Assembly (NCBI GenBank): GCA_950097015.1
Contig: CATNEN010000005.1
Location: 5,084,001 to 5,148,000 of the forward strand
Direction: 5' to 3'
DNA from: Macrostomum hystrix
Lineage: Eukaryota > Animalia > Platyhelminthes
DNA: 64,000 bases
Shown: positions 38,848 through 50,343 of the stretch, piece after piece
How the letters are laid out: each line of letters begins with the position of its first letter
How positions within the stretch are numbered: the stretch's first letter is position 1
Notes under the pieces: model-generated
What the model saw: the letters and a program-made list of their open reading frames with translations, nothing else
The model's database searches: none
What the model was told of the DNA's origin: nothing
Position numbers and translations under genes: made by a program

Positions 38848-39663
38848 GTCTAAATATAAATATAAATATAAATATAAATATTTATTCCATCCTTAAACTG
38901 AAAGAATTCCTCTAGCCAAATAGGGTTGTAATTGTAACATTTATTCCAAAAAATCATATATTAGCTAAATTTAAGCTAAGAAATTTGTTTCTTCATATAG
39001 GACTAGCTACTTCTGTTCTGTCCTCTTCAAAAGAGACTTTAATTTTTTAAAGATTCACATAGGGCATAGCTATAGCTATGCTATAGCAAATGTTTACAAA
39101 AAACTCACATAGATAATTCACACAAATGATATATATATGTGATCCTACATTAGTACTACTGTTTGTTGTATCTGACTTTCTATCTAATTTTTATATAAAA
39201 AATGGAATTATTTAATGCAGAAACCAAATTATTTGTCCTTCTATACATGATATTAGATCATTGGTATAGTAAAGTGCTAAATGTTACCAAACTTTAAGAG
39301 TTAAATTAAAACTTACCGAAGTCAAAGAAAATATTGAAGAATTTGATGAGGAAAATCAAGTATGAGTATCTTAAACAATAAAGCTACTAAGTGGCAAAGT
39401 TTTGGTATATTCTTAGAAAAGAAAAACTCTTTTATGTCTCCAAAGAGGCCAGGGAATATTTGAACTGAAAAACTCACCTATAACTTACATATACTGCTAT
39501 AGCTACCTCACCGTTAGTTTACTGGTACAACACTTCCTTGAATCATGTTTGTTAATTTCCAAGAAACATAATTTGCGTGATTAACGAGTTTAGCAATACA
39601 TAATTTCAGGCATCAAAGAAGAAATCCGCAGGGCGGAAGAAGGGGCGCGCCGACGCCCGTTCC

Positions 39664-40128
39664 TTGCGGGCCCCGCCCCGCCCCCCGCCACCGCCAACGC
39701 CGTTGCCATCGCCGCCACCGTCCAGGCCGGCCACCAGGGCTTCATATGCCCGGGTGGCCGGCGCTCCCCCCCGATCCCGACCCAGCCTGCCCCTGCCCCA
39801 GTACGCCCTCTTCTCCCCGCCCAACCCAACCTTCCAGCCCGCCCCATCCCTCCTCAACCCAACCCAGGCCCACAACCCACCCTCACCACCCCTGCCCCAG
39901 TCGGCCAACCGCCCCGTCCAGCCCTCCCCATCCCTCCTCAACCCAACCCAGGCCCACAACCCACCCTTACCACCCCTGCCCCAGTCGGCCAACCCCCCCG
40001 TCCAGCCCGTCCCAACCCTCCCCAACCCAACCCAGGCCCAGCCCACCCTCCCCCCAATCCCCAGCAGCAGAGCCGCCGCGGCCGCCCTCATCATCGGGGA
40101 GGCCGCAAATGGCGGAATTGGAAGATGA
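39664..40128 (+). other. Pro-rich ORF built from ~72-bp repeats; possible retroelement ORF1 fragment
   Basis: C-rich repeats (LLNPTQAHNPP x2); SYARVA motif resembles those common in non-LTR ORF1 proteins. Weak support. Confidence 0.3.
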
Positions 40129-40889
40129 ATGTGAGTTTCTGTGCCTTTAAATAGCGCTGTTGACAGTGACCCTCCTAACTTTATAAATTAATTCTTCAGT
40201 GCAGTCAATAGCAGAAATATGCATTTATTCGTTGATTCGGGGTTTTGGGATTTACAGCTTTAATCCCAGATCCCAAGTCCTTCTCTGATCCCAAATCCTT
40301 CTCCAAAATCCCACTTCGTCAGTTATCGACTTTATCATGCAATCATCCCCGTTCATTAGTTATCCCATTTCATGAGTTATCCCCGTTTATCAGTTATACA
40401 GTTATACAGGATTGTACTAACAACCGTTCTTGCTCTATATTTTTTGTTTTAAAAATTTGCAGAGAGACAGCGTGCGAGCTTACCTGCTCCTAATAGAGCA
40501 GGTAACGCTGCGCAGCCTTTCGGCGTATTGCCGAGGGTGAATTAACTTTTTGTCAATGTTAATTTCACAGCTAATGATGGAATTCTCTAAATATTGCCAG
40601 AAGGTCTCGTATTTTGCAGAAATTTCGGTTTCATGCCACCATGGCATTGGGGCCCTGGTGGGCCTCCTCCCGGTGCTGGCGGCATCGCTTTCTGGTGAGT
40701 TCTGGGGAAGCAAAAATTTGGAAAAGTCGGTCCAGCCAACAAATAAATACGCCATTTTCTGTCTATGTGTGCCTGATCCTGTCTATCTGCCCTGCGTAAA
40801 TCGGGCAATTTCATTGGCCACAAGTCTTAGAAAAAAGGAAGAAATGAGCTCCGCTTCCAGTCCAAATTTAAATTTTAGAATGTGAATAG

Positions 40890-41320
40890 CAGGGAAGGCA
40901 AACTTATTTTCTGGCGGGCCAGAGAACCAAAAATACGACAGCGGGCCGGATTGACTGTATAAATATGAGATAGGGGAGAGGAGACACGGGGAAGATTAGA
41001 TACGGGAGAGATGAGACACGGGAGAGATGAGACACGGGAGAGATGAGACACGGGAGAAATGAGACACGGGAGAGATGAGACACGGGAGAGATGCCCTCCC
41101 TGCTAGAAGGGGTCAGCGCCCTCCCTGCTAGAGAGGGGTCAGTGCCCTCCCTGCTAGAGGGGCCAGTTCCCTCCCTGCTAGAGGGGCCAGTTCCCTCCCT
41201 GTTAGAAGGGGTCAGTGCCCTCCCTGCTAGAGAGGGGTCAGTGCCCTCCCTGCTAGAGTGATCAGTGCCCTCCCTGCTAGAGGGGTCAGTGCCCCCATGT
41301 TGTAGAGGGGACCAGTGCCC
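40890..41320 (+). repeat. hAT-MITE-like left end followed by 16-bp (GAGATGAGACACGGGA) and ~24-bp (AGGGGTCAGTGCCCTCCCTGCTAG) minisatellites
   Basis: CAGGGAAGGCAAACTT...GCGGGCC at 40890 resembles hAT CAGGG termini; arrays directly visible; no right TIR found. Confidence 0.5.
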
Positions 41321-43749
41321 TCAGGCAAGCAGGCAGGCAGGCAGGTAGGCAGACAGACAGGTAGACAGACAGGACAGGAGCAGATATCTACCCCATACTT
41401 TACTTGTATGGCTTACTAAATCTAGCCCAAATCTACCAAACCCAACCCCAACCCCACCCAATGCAGCCTCCTCTCCACTCCACCCTAGCTCTCCACCCTC
41501 TAAGCTTCTACTCTTCTACTTACACTTCCACTTCTTCCATGTGTTCATGAGCCATGACCCATGTGCTCAAATCTCTATCTGGCCTACAAGATAGAAATGG
41601 TTACCAACCCTGTCCTAATAGGTCAGTGTCCATAGATCTTATATTCCCTAGATAACCTACTCCCCATTCAAGCAATGTGAAAAATGTGATCCCACCAAAA
41701 ATCATTTAATAAACCTGACCATGTCCATGCTCACTCAGAGCTCAAGTTCAGTAGCTATGGGACATAGGCAGTTATTTTTGTTCGGATGGCATTAAAAAGA
41801 TGTAGCAGAAATTTCTTTAGTTGCCAATGTTTCCTACCTGTGTGAGCTATGCTCAATAGCAAATAGATGGTGCCAGAGTATTAAACTCATGTAGCTGCTG
41901 TATGAGGAGCTGCGCCACCCAAGTGCCACAGGGCCACAGGGATACTTTTCCCTTCCTCCAATTCCTATTCATTCATATTCCTATCCTTCTAGCCTACACA
42001 TAATTGTAGTCTATACTTTGACAGCACTTCATATGGCACCACAGAACATTAAATCAACATTAGCACTTGGCATTTTTTTCAAGTCTCCTTTTGTTTCTTT
42101 GCATGGGGCTTAGGTATCTTTACTAGGCATACTCTTGCTATAAAATGCAACATGTAAAATGAATATTTACATAAAATACTGGCAATTTTCTCTCAAGCTA
42201 CTGAGCTTAAACCAAATTAGAAATACATTGGGTCTAGGGGCACACTAAAGTCCCTAGAGTGCTACATCTAGGTAATAAAGATCCATGGATTTGTCAATGG
42301 TTAGAATAGTTCTAACGTGTTACATGACACTCATAAAACAAAGTCATACACAGTCATAGACAGTTAGAGATGACAGATGTTAGACTTTGGTTCCAATTTT
42401 CTTATTTCTTCCCCTCATTTTATTAGATCTTTCATTTAAAAGCACAATTCTTTTAAATCTGTGACCTATGAAGTAGGTGCAAATTGGCAAGTTTACCATA
42501 CTGACCATACCATTTTTGGAATTGGATTTACAATAGTCAATTAGTTTACTTTGGATTACATATTCCACAAATTATCGATTCAATCATAGAATTAAGCCCT
42601 GAGAATTTTTTAGGGGCAACACTAGTCCTTGATCCTAGGCTCCCAGCTCATAGATCCCATATCCCAGTAGTTGCTTGGAAATCTTAATAAGAATTTATAT
42701 TCCTGGGTCCCAATTTCATTTAGAATAATTCATTGTTTCTATACAATTATGACAAGTTGCCAGCCAATAAGCTATGTATATAGACTAATAGACCCAATAT
42801 ACAGGTTTTTTATTCTAATATTAAGACTTGTTAAGATAAGCATAAACTCTGTAGCCTATGTAAAAAAGGCTTGGATAGCTCACTATTTATAATACAATGA
42901 AACTTTATACTCTTAGAGGTCTACATTTTAATACATAAATGGAATGTGGGTGCATTCATTTAGTGATGATCATAGCAGGACACATTAGCTATGAGCCGAG
43001 CTGACAAGTTAGGACAGTGGCACTGGGTTGAGAGCAGTAGATTCATATTGTTTGAGTTAAACACTTCGAATGTGCAAGTCAAACATAAAACAAACAACAG
43101 ACTCATACTGCCTCCCCAAGCCTGTGATTAGCAGTAACACTTGCCCAGCTCTGCACATTACTGCATATTGTATTCTGCTAAATTTCAATATTCTCCGCTT
43201 TCACATTATGCCTCGCTTTTATACTGAGAAACAAGCAATTTATAACTTGACGTACCCTTGTCTTCATAGAAATTGAACGCGAAACGTTAATTTAAATGGT
43301 CCCTCATAAGATACCGTGTAGAAACCATCCTTCCTAGAAAGCAAGTCGTTTCATAACGTAACTGTTGTTGCTCGGTCGTATAAAAACTCATTTTAATTCT
43401 GACTTTCCGATGCTCATTTAAATGAGCCAACTTTTCCACAGAGCATGCTTTACAACACATTATTGTTATTGCTCACTTATTAAAAAATTCTCGCTCGGGG
43501 AAACCGTCAACTTTTATTGCCTCCCTATCATCATTATAGTTTTCGAAATAATTCCTTTAATCTTGCTTTTAAGTTGGAATTCTATTTTCCTAATTGAAAT
43601 TTCCTCCTAATTTTAAATTGCATTTAATGCATTATTGCAGAATGGATGCTCCGCCGGAGCCGCCGCCGCCGCCGCCAGTCGCAGAACGGCGGCGCAGATG
43701 CAGGCGCCTACGGTCGGGGAATATGCGGCTCAAAAACTCATAAACTGTA

Positions 43750-44172
43750 ATTCGTCTCGTAATTCGTTTTCTGTTTAACAAATGTTAAACAGATGAATTT
43801 AAATAAAGAGCCCGTTGTGCTAGAGCCCGGAGGCCTGATTTTAGCTCCCTTGTTGTAAATGCAAAGTACGGAAGCTATAAAAAACTCGATTCGTTTCTTC
43901 TCGTAACCCGTTGTGCTAGAGCCCGGAGGCCTGATTTTAGCTCCCTTGTTGTAAATGCAAAGTGCGGAAGGTATAAAAAACTCTATTCGTTTCTTCTCGT
44001 AACCCGTTGTGCTAGAGCCCGGAGGCCTGATTTTAGCTCCCTTGTTGTAAATGCAAAGTGCGGAAGGTATAAAAACTCGATTCGTTTCTTCTCGTAATTC
44101 GTTTTCTGTTTAACAAATGTTAAACAGATGAATTTAAATAAAGAGCCCGTTGTGCTAGAGCCCGGAGGCCTA
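43750..44172 (+). repeat. ~94-bp tandem repeat, about 3 copies, with duplicated flanking segment
   Basis: CCCGTTGTGCTAGAGCCCGGAGGCCT occurs four times. Confidence 0.85.
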
Positions 44173-44715
44173 TTTTTGGATAATTTTGTTGCCTTCTATC
44201 TTCTTTCCTTTGCTAACAGCGAATCTACGGAGTCATTTTATCGCAGTACTTCATTCACTTTGATTTTAAATTAATAATACGTTGTGCTAAAGCCTGCACC
44301 ATTCCAGGATTAACCTGTGTCTGACGGCAGCTGCTGACTCTTGTTGTGCAATTCTGCCTAGTGCACTAGCCACATGGCTACCTCTCTTCGACCTGCATTT
44401 CCAGTGAGTTACTTGACATTTTCTAATGTGAATACGCCTGAAGATCAAGTCCTGTTTCAATCTGTCCATCACTTGTCATTCTGGAATACGTTTGTCATTC
44501 TGGAATTCATTTCTGTTAGAAATACCTGTTGGACCAAGAGCGTCATTTGTTAGGCCGACAGCGTCAACTGTTAGATAGAGAGCGTCACCTGTTAGAAAGA
44601 GCCTGTGATCACCTGTTCTGTTAGACACAGTGTTCACCTGTTCTGCTTGGCATGGTACCTGTTAAACATCGAGCCCGTACTCACCTGCACTACTCAAACA
44701 GGCCTACCGACACGT

Positions 44716-45024
44716 ATGGCCTTCATCAGACGCATCAACGGGCTCTCAAACTTGGTTGTCAACTTGGACAATCCATCAGCTCCAGGCTTGTCCCGTCAGG
44801 ACCTGCTACAGGAGCTGCTGCAGTCCAACCTGATCACGGAGCTGCGCTCGAAACCGGAGGTCAAGCGAATGGGCCTGGACGTCTGCTGCCTGGGTTGGCG
44901 GCTTCGGTGGCGGAGGCGGCGTCGCAGCAGAAGCGGCGGTGGCGCCACCGGCAGACGGAAGCAGGGCCAGGTGTCACCCGTGCTGCCGATATTGGATCCG
45001 CAGACCTGCCTCACCGACGCCTGA
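44716..45024 (+). CDS. Orphan 102-aa ORF with Arg-rich segment
   Basis: GC-rich ATG-started block MAFIRRINGLSNL...RLRWRRRRRSRSGGG; no family recognised. Confidence 0.35.
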   Translation: MAFIRRINGLSNLVVNLDNPSAPGLSRQDLLQELLQSNLITELRSKPEVKRMGLDVCCLGWRLRWRRRRRSRSGGGATGRRKQGQVSPVLPILDPQTCLTDA

Positions 45025-45134
45025 CTTGCGTGTTGAGAAAGTGCAAACCCTGGACTGACCTCAGTGAGACAGGTGGCAAGCTGTCTCGCAAGACTGAATC
45101 TTTCTCCTGTTGCGCCCGCTTTTGTATGTGCTCC

Positions 45135-45252
45135 TGCTTAATCTGTGCTAATTATTGCTTCTCTGTGCTCATTATTGCTTATCTGTGCTCATTATTGCTT
45201 CTCTGTGCTCATTATTGCTTATCTGTGCTCATTATTGCTTCTCTGTGCTCAT
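45135..45252 (+). repeat. 20-bp tandem repeat (CTGTGCTCATTATTGCTT(A/C)T), about 6 copies
   Basis: Directly visible. Confidence 0.85.
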
Positions 45253-45714
45253 TCTTGTACTGCTGTGCTGCGATTCTGGCTACGACTCCAAGAAAAGGTT
45301 ACGACTCTGTCAAAATCCTAATCGAACTGTTTACTACAAATCATTCATAATAGGGCTTATATACTTCAAAGCTCAAAGTGCTTTCTAAGAAAATGATTCA
45401 CCGGTTTCATTGGCATCAATGAAACTGTCAATCACACAAACGATTAGAATTTGAGCAGATATTTCGTCATTTTCAAGGCGAAAATGTTTCATTTTTAATG
45501 CGTCATTGTACTTCGTCATATCATGTGGAATTGTGTTCTAGCTTTTTGCGTCATAATTTCAACCACTACGCCAATTCTTTTTTATGTAATCCAACTCATT
45601 TTTGTAAGTAAACTTTGAAGTTTATCGCTAGTTATTAATTTTTTAAACAGCAGCACAAAACTTCATGCTGCAATAATTATTAAAAGTATACTTTTGTTCA
45701 TAAACAATTTTCTT

Positions 45715-45955
45715 TTATTTCTGTGAGACTGCAAAAGTGACGGTTGCACATTCTAGAAAATATGACATCTGTGTGTTCTGTGAGACTACAAAAGTGACGG
45801 TTGCACATTCTAGAAAATATGACATCTGTGTGTTCTGTGAGACTACAAAAGTGACGGTTGCACATTCTAGAAAATATGACATCTGTGTGTTCTGTGAGAC
45901 TACAAAAGTGACGTTTGCACATTCTAGAAAATATGACATCTGTGTGTTCTGTGTG
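45715..45955 (+). repeat. 57-bp tandem repeat, about 4 copies
   Basis: TCTGTGAGACTACAAAAGTGACGGTTGCACATTCTAGAAAATATGACATCTGTGTGT repeated. Confidence 0.9.
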
Positions 45956-46860
45956 TACCCCAACATTTCTTTTATTTGGAGAGGCAACTGAATTTGAAAT
46001 TGAATACATAAGTGAATCCGCCAGGTGGATTCTACCAGGTGGAAAAATGCATCCATCAGAGTGGGACCAATGACAGTCTGACTCTCTCCTCTAACCATCG
46101 CTGCCACACCGTGACACCAGTGCTAAATTTCGTCGAAGCTGCACTATATGGCCTAATATTAATATCTCGGATTCATCTACTGACAAACATAAAGTACGGT
46201 ACAGTAGTTGTACTGACTAGGTTAAGCCAGATACACACACATATTTATTATATTGATATGGTCAGTGTTCGTTAAACTCTGACTTACCTCATTATTGGCT
46301 TCGTAGCACACCTCATTTTGCTCATAGATGAGTATATATATGTTCATGACGAATGGTTCCCTTTAATTTCCGTTTCTCTGAGGGATGTCATATCCGTGTG
46401 ACATTCACAAAATCGTGCTGTGCATCCACAAGCTACATGTATATATCTTACTGATAATTTGTAAACGGCTTCTTAAGTAAGTTGTAATAACTCAAAGGCA
46501 GAAGTAAGGCCAGAATTGAAACACACAGTAAAGAACCAGTCTGATATCGCGGCTCCTTATATATGCGTTCATGCAGTCTAATTTCCAGACCCTGCAGGGC
46601 TGGGGATTTGGGGGATCCCAGACAGACGGCTCAACCCAGTCGCACGCAAACCAAGCATGAGACACAAACAACAGCAGACAGTGGTGACAAGTGCATGCAA
46701 ACGGCAATAGGTGCCCACAAGCTCCAGACCGCCACCATGACCCCTAACTAAGTGCTATAAAAACAATCACTTAACGCCCCATTAAACTCAAGCTGCTATC
46801 TTTCCCAGAGAATTAAAAGAAAATCTCGAAGTTTCCTCCGCTATCATTTCGCTTCTCGAC

Positions 46861-47686
46861 ATGAGAATTACGGCCCGCCCAACGATGCCACGTTTAGAGG
46901 AACAGCCTCTGCCTGGAGAAGAAAGGTGAGTTGTTTTTGCTTCCACTCGGCCCCCAAGGCCGGTTATTAATGGGTTATAACGAGGTTAATTACATAATAA
47001 TAGAAACAAAGGTAATTACTGTCCCCGGCACGCCGTTTTATCCCGAAAATTTGGGATTGACCCCGACCCGAAACTGCGAAAAGCCCTTCCTTAGTTAATG
47101 ATTGATTACATTGAAAGTTATTCAGTTTGCGATTGCCACCACTATGGGCGCCGAATCTCCCTCGCCCTGACTCTATGAGCTAAAGAACCATTGAAATTCG
47201 AAGTCTAGATTTGGAATAGGTTGAATTACATAATTATCATACTCTCTGGCGGTTGTTGCCATTCACTAACTACATAACATTCCACCCGCCGCCTGTTTCT
47301 TCAGTGACTACCCGCCGCCGCAGGCGCAATCGCCAGCTCCGCGGGCTCCAGCCGGGCAGCAGCCCGTGCGCCTTGATCTCGCCATCCGTAAGTTGACAGC
47401 CATTCTTCTGAAGTCCTAACCACATCCATCCACCATTTGAAATCCCTCCTTGAGTACATTTGCCAACTGCGGCATAATCCTGACCTTAATAAATTCACTA
47501 CCGACCCCCACTAATGAAACAAAACTGCCCCCCTTGTTCTCCGCAGACATCGAGCTACCACTCGGCCCAGAGGCTGTCATGGCCGTGGTACAGAACTTGG
47601 CTAATGGCCCTATTGGCATTGCAGTGGTGGCCGGCCTGGCCACCATCGTTGGCACGGCTCTCCTAAAATGGCTCCGTCAGGCTTGA
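46861..47686 (+). CDS. Three-exon gene for a small (~95 aa) protein with a C-terminal transmembrane helix
   Basis: Exons 46861-46925, 47305-47387 and 47547-47686 with donors GTGAGT and GTAAGT and pyrimidine-rich CAG acceptors; phases match. Ends IGIAVVAGLATIVGTALLKWLRQA. The frame stays open back to an acceptor at 46808, so the gene may extend 5'. Confidence 0.6.
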
Positions 47687-48322
47687 AAAGATCGCCCGAA
47701 ACTTAAATCACTAACTATGCATTTGAACTGTCTATCCAATTCCTTGTCTGGTGCCAGGTTGCTTACCACTTTTCTTTATTCCGAATTATACGCAAACTAC
47801 AACCGCCGTTGATCTGATTAATGATTAAATCCTTGCTGTCCTTTTGTTGAAATTATTTCCTAATTATTGGCATTGCAGTGGTTGCAGGGCGCCCGACACT
47901 GCCTCCGGCGCGGACCATGTTCGCGCGCTGGCTCTGCGGCGCATCATTTGACGCCGCCCCCCTGACGCTTGGGGCTTGCGTATTTTGTTGTTGTTGTTGT
48001 TGTTGTTCCTAATTATGCGGCTCAATTTTTCGGCCGCCTAGCGACAAAAAGTAACAAAATTAATTCTGACTGCTAATCTCCATTTGCAGTAGGCCTAGGC
48101 CCCCAACCAGGTACTCACCACTCGAACAAAGCTAGCAAATAAGCCCCCATGAAATGTGATTTTTTTATTCCCAGAGGATAAAAAGCCCATATTGTTCAAA
48201 GTCTGCGGCCCGTGGAAATAAACAGATCGTCTCCCACAGATTTCAGGTAGGTGACCCTGTCGGCCTCTTGATTTACTACCACCCACTTCTAATCAAACAT
48301 TTGAATTCCCACATGCAACATA

Positions 48323-48935
48323 CTACCCCGCTCACTTTGGCGGGTTGGTGTCCCTCCTAAGATAGAAGCCGGTATAACTAAACTCCCGAAAACCAAGCAT
48401 AATGAACATGTGAGATAAGCAGATTACGAAAATGTAGGTGCGAACCCTAGTTTGCGGCAATTATCAAGAGAAACCTCATGCGAAAATTCTTACAAAGGGG
48501 AATTTCACCCCACTAAGTATGTTTTTGGGTTTTGACTAGTTTATATAGATTTTTAAGAGGTTTTGGCGCCGAGATGGCCTTTTTGATTTGAAGCTGCCCT
48601 CCCCCCTTAAAGAATCATGGAATTTCCCGGTGTATACCACCCCGCGCACTTTAGCGGGTTGGTGTCCCTCCTAAATTAGAATTTATCCTAGCCTGAGTTC
48701 CCACAGACCCACTAGAGGCAAAAGATAAAAAAGGTGCCATTCACGATGCGGTGCGAAATAAAGCAATTGCCTTATGAGAAAAGAAGGTGCATACCCTAAT
48801 ATGCTGCAGTTATCGAACAATCTCATGTGAAAACTTCACGAGGGGAATTTCACCCCATTAAATATGTTTTTGTGATTTTTGGCTAGATTGTAATAGTTTT
48901 TAAGTGGATTTTTGGCGCCAAGATGGCTTTAGATG
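48323..48935. repeat. Pair of diverged ~270-300-bp direct repeats
   Basis: 48323-48590 versus 48637-48935 share GCGGGTTGGTGTCCCTCCTAA, GGGGAATTTCACCCCA and TTTTGGCGCC(G/A)AGATGGC. Confidence 0.8.
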
Positions 48936-49095
48936 AAAAGGAAATCACAACGATGCGAGGAAGAAGGTGCTCGGTGCGCATTGTTACTAAAAGGGAGTTA
49001 GGGGAGGGTCGAGGGATAGAAGGGATGAAGGCACGTAGGAGTCCTAATGATGCTGTCCGCGGACGCCCTCTCTCTGTCCAAGCCCTCCTACCCAC

Positions 49096-49728
49096 CTACT
49101 CTTCCTTAATGGCCGTACTCTCCGCTAACACCCCGCTTTCGTATCCCCCTTCCACCTGTCTCACCATCTGGCCCAGCGTGTAGTCCCCTGGCGGTGTCTC
49201 TTCGGCAGGGCCGTCCTCGGACAACTCGCGCCACCAGGGTGCGTGGCCCGGGCCATGCACCATCCGTAGGGCATTCTCGTCGCCTCTTACCATCCGCACC
49301 ACCAGCTGATGTTCTAGCTCCGCCTCGCCCGGAATCCGCGCGGCCTGTAGCCACGACACAAGTTCCCTTGGCACCGGCATGGCCCAGTCCACAGGCGGGC
49401 TGTAGGCAGGCCACCGCAGATTCCACGGCAGCGTAGCCTCGTCCTCTTCCTTCGGCGGGAGGGGGTCTCGTTCCTCGCACCACGCTTGTGCCAGCCACCG
49501 GGCTTCGGCCACCCGGCATGCGAGGTCGAGATCCACGCCGGCCTGAGCTGCGCGACCCAGGGTAGGGAGCAGCCACAGACGGATTACAAGCCAGGTCCTT
49601 TTGTTGGCCAGCTCCCGCCGATAGTCAGTCGCAGCCGCTTCCATCCACCAGGCTACTACGGCTCCCATTCCGGCCATTTCTACGAGACGTGAATTAACTC
49701 TCTGCTCTTCGAAACCACCATTCCGCAC
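49096..49728 (-). CDS. Orphan ORF3 downstream of gag-pro (193 aa from ATG 49677), Trp-rich
   Basis: Open frame; GAAATGG start context; long polypyrimidine tract and AG acceptors at 49741 and 49735 directly upstream. Confidence 0.55.
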   Translation of the reverse strand: MRNGGFEEQRVNSRLVEMAGMGAVVAWWMEAAATDYRRELANKRTWLVIRLWLLPTLGRAAQAGVDLDLACRVAEARWLAQAWCEERDPLPPKEEDEATLPWNLRWPAYSPPVDWAMPVPRELVSWLQAARIPGEAELEHQLVVRMVRGDENALRMVHGPGHAPWWRELSEDGPAEETPPGDYTLGQMVRQVEGGYESGVLAESTAIKEE

Positions 49729-49818
49729 CCTCGCCTAAGCCTAAATAAAGAGAAAGGGGGAGAAAGGGGAGAAGGGAAAAGGGAGGGGGTGGGGCATTCT
49801 GCCTTGGAAAGCCAGGAC

Positions 49819-50343
49819 CTAGCGGACAGCCTTCCGCCTGAGCGAAAACGGGAGAAATTGGCGATAAATGATTAGTTGGCGCGAGTCAAAGTCGAGGATG
49901 GCATGATGATGAGCCAACCAGGAGGTGCCGAGGAGGGGAGAGCAGTCGCCCTCGACCACCAGGAACAGCGTGTCCAGTGCTTCGGCGCCAACCTGTAATT
50001 TGACCTTGACCTGCGCCCGGGCAATAATAGGGGTGCCATACGCAATTAGAGAGAATTGAGGGGGTTCGAATTGACAGTGGTGGAAAATTGATGACAGCGA
50101 GTCCGGGACCACGTTAACCATAGACCCCGTGTCGATGAGGAAGTCTAGGGGCGCCCCTTCCACCTCCAAGGCGACCCACACCTCACTAAGCTGCTCAGAG
50201 CGATTGGGGCGGGTTCGCACTCGGGTGCATTCACTCGGACTTCTCGGCGGTCGGAGGCAGCAGCTGCCGCCGCTCCGATTGTCGGGCTGCGGGCTGGGTC
50301 TCGGAGCCGTGGGACTGCCTCCAATTGGCGGCCCCGTTCCCAT
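49819..50343 (-). CDS. Retroviral-type aspartic protease (+1 frame relative to gag)
   Basis: LDFLIDTGSMVNVV active site and PLLGTSWL motif; stop codon with no RT following. Confidence 0.85.
   Translation of the reverse strand: MGTGPPIGGSPTAPRPSPQPDNRSGGSCCLRPPRSPSECTRVRTRPNRSEQLSEVWVALEVEGAPLDFLIDTGSMVNVVPDSLSSIFHHCQFEPPQFSLIAYGTPIIARAQVKVKLQVGAEALDTLFLVVEGDCSPLLGTSWLAHHHAILDFDSRQLIIYRQFLPFSLRRKAVR

Noticed and set aside
45715-45955. TTCTAGAA in each 57-bp unit as heat-shock elements
   Set aside because: Only two nGAAn units per site and no adjacent gene start; below the usual three-unit minimum.
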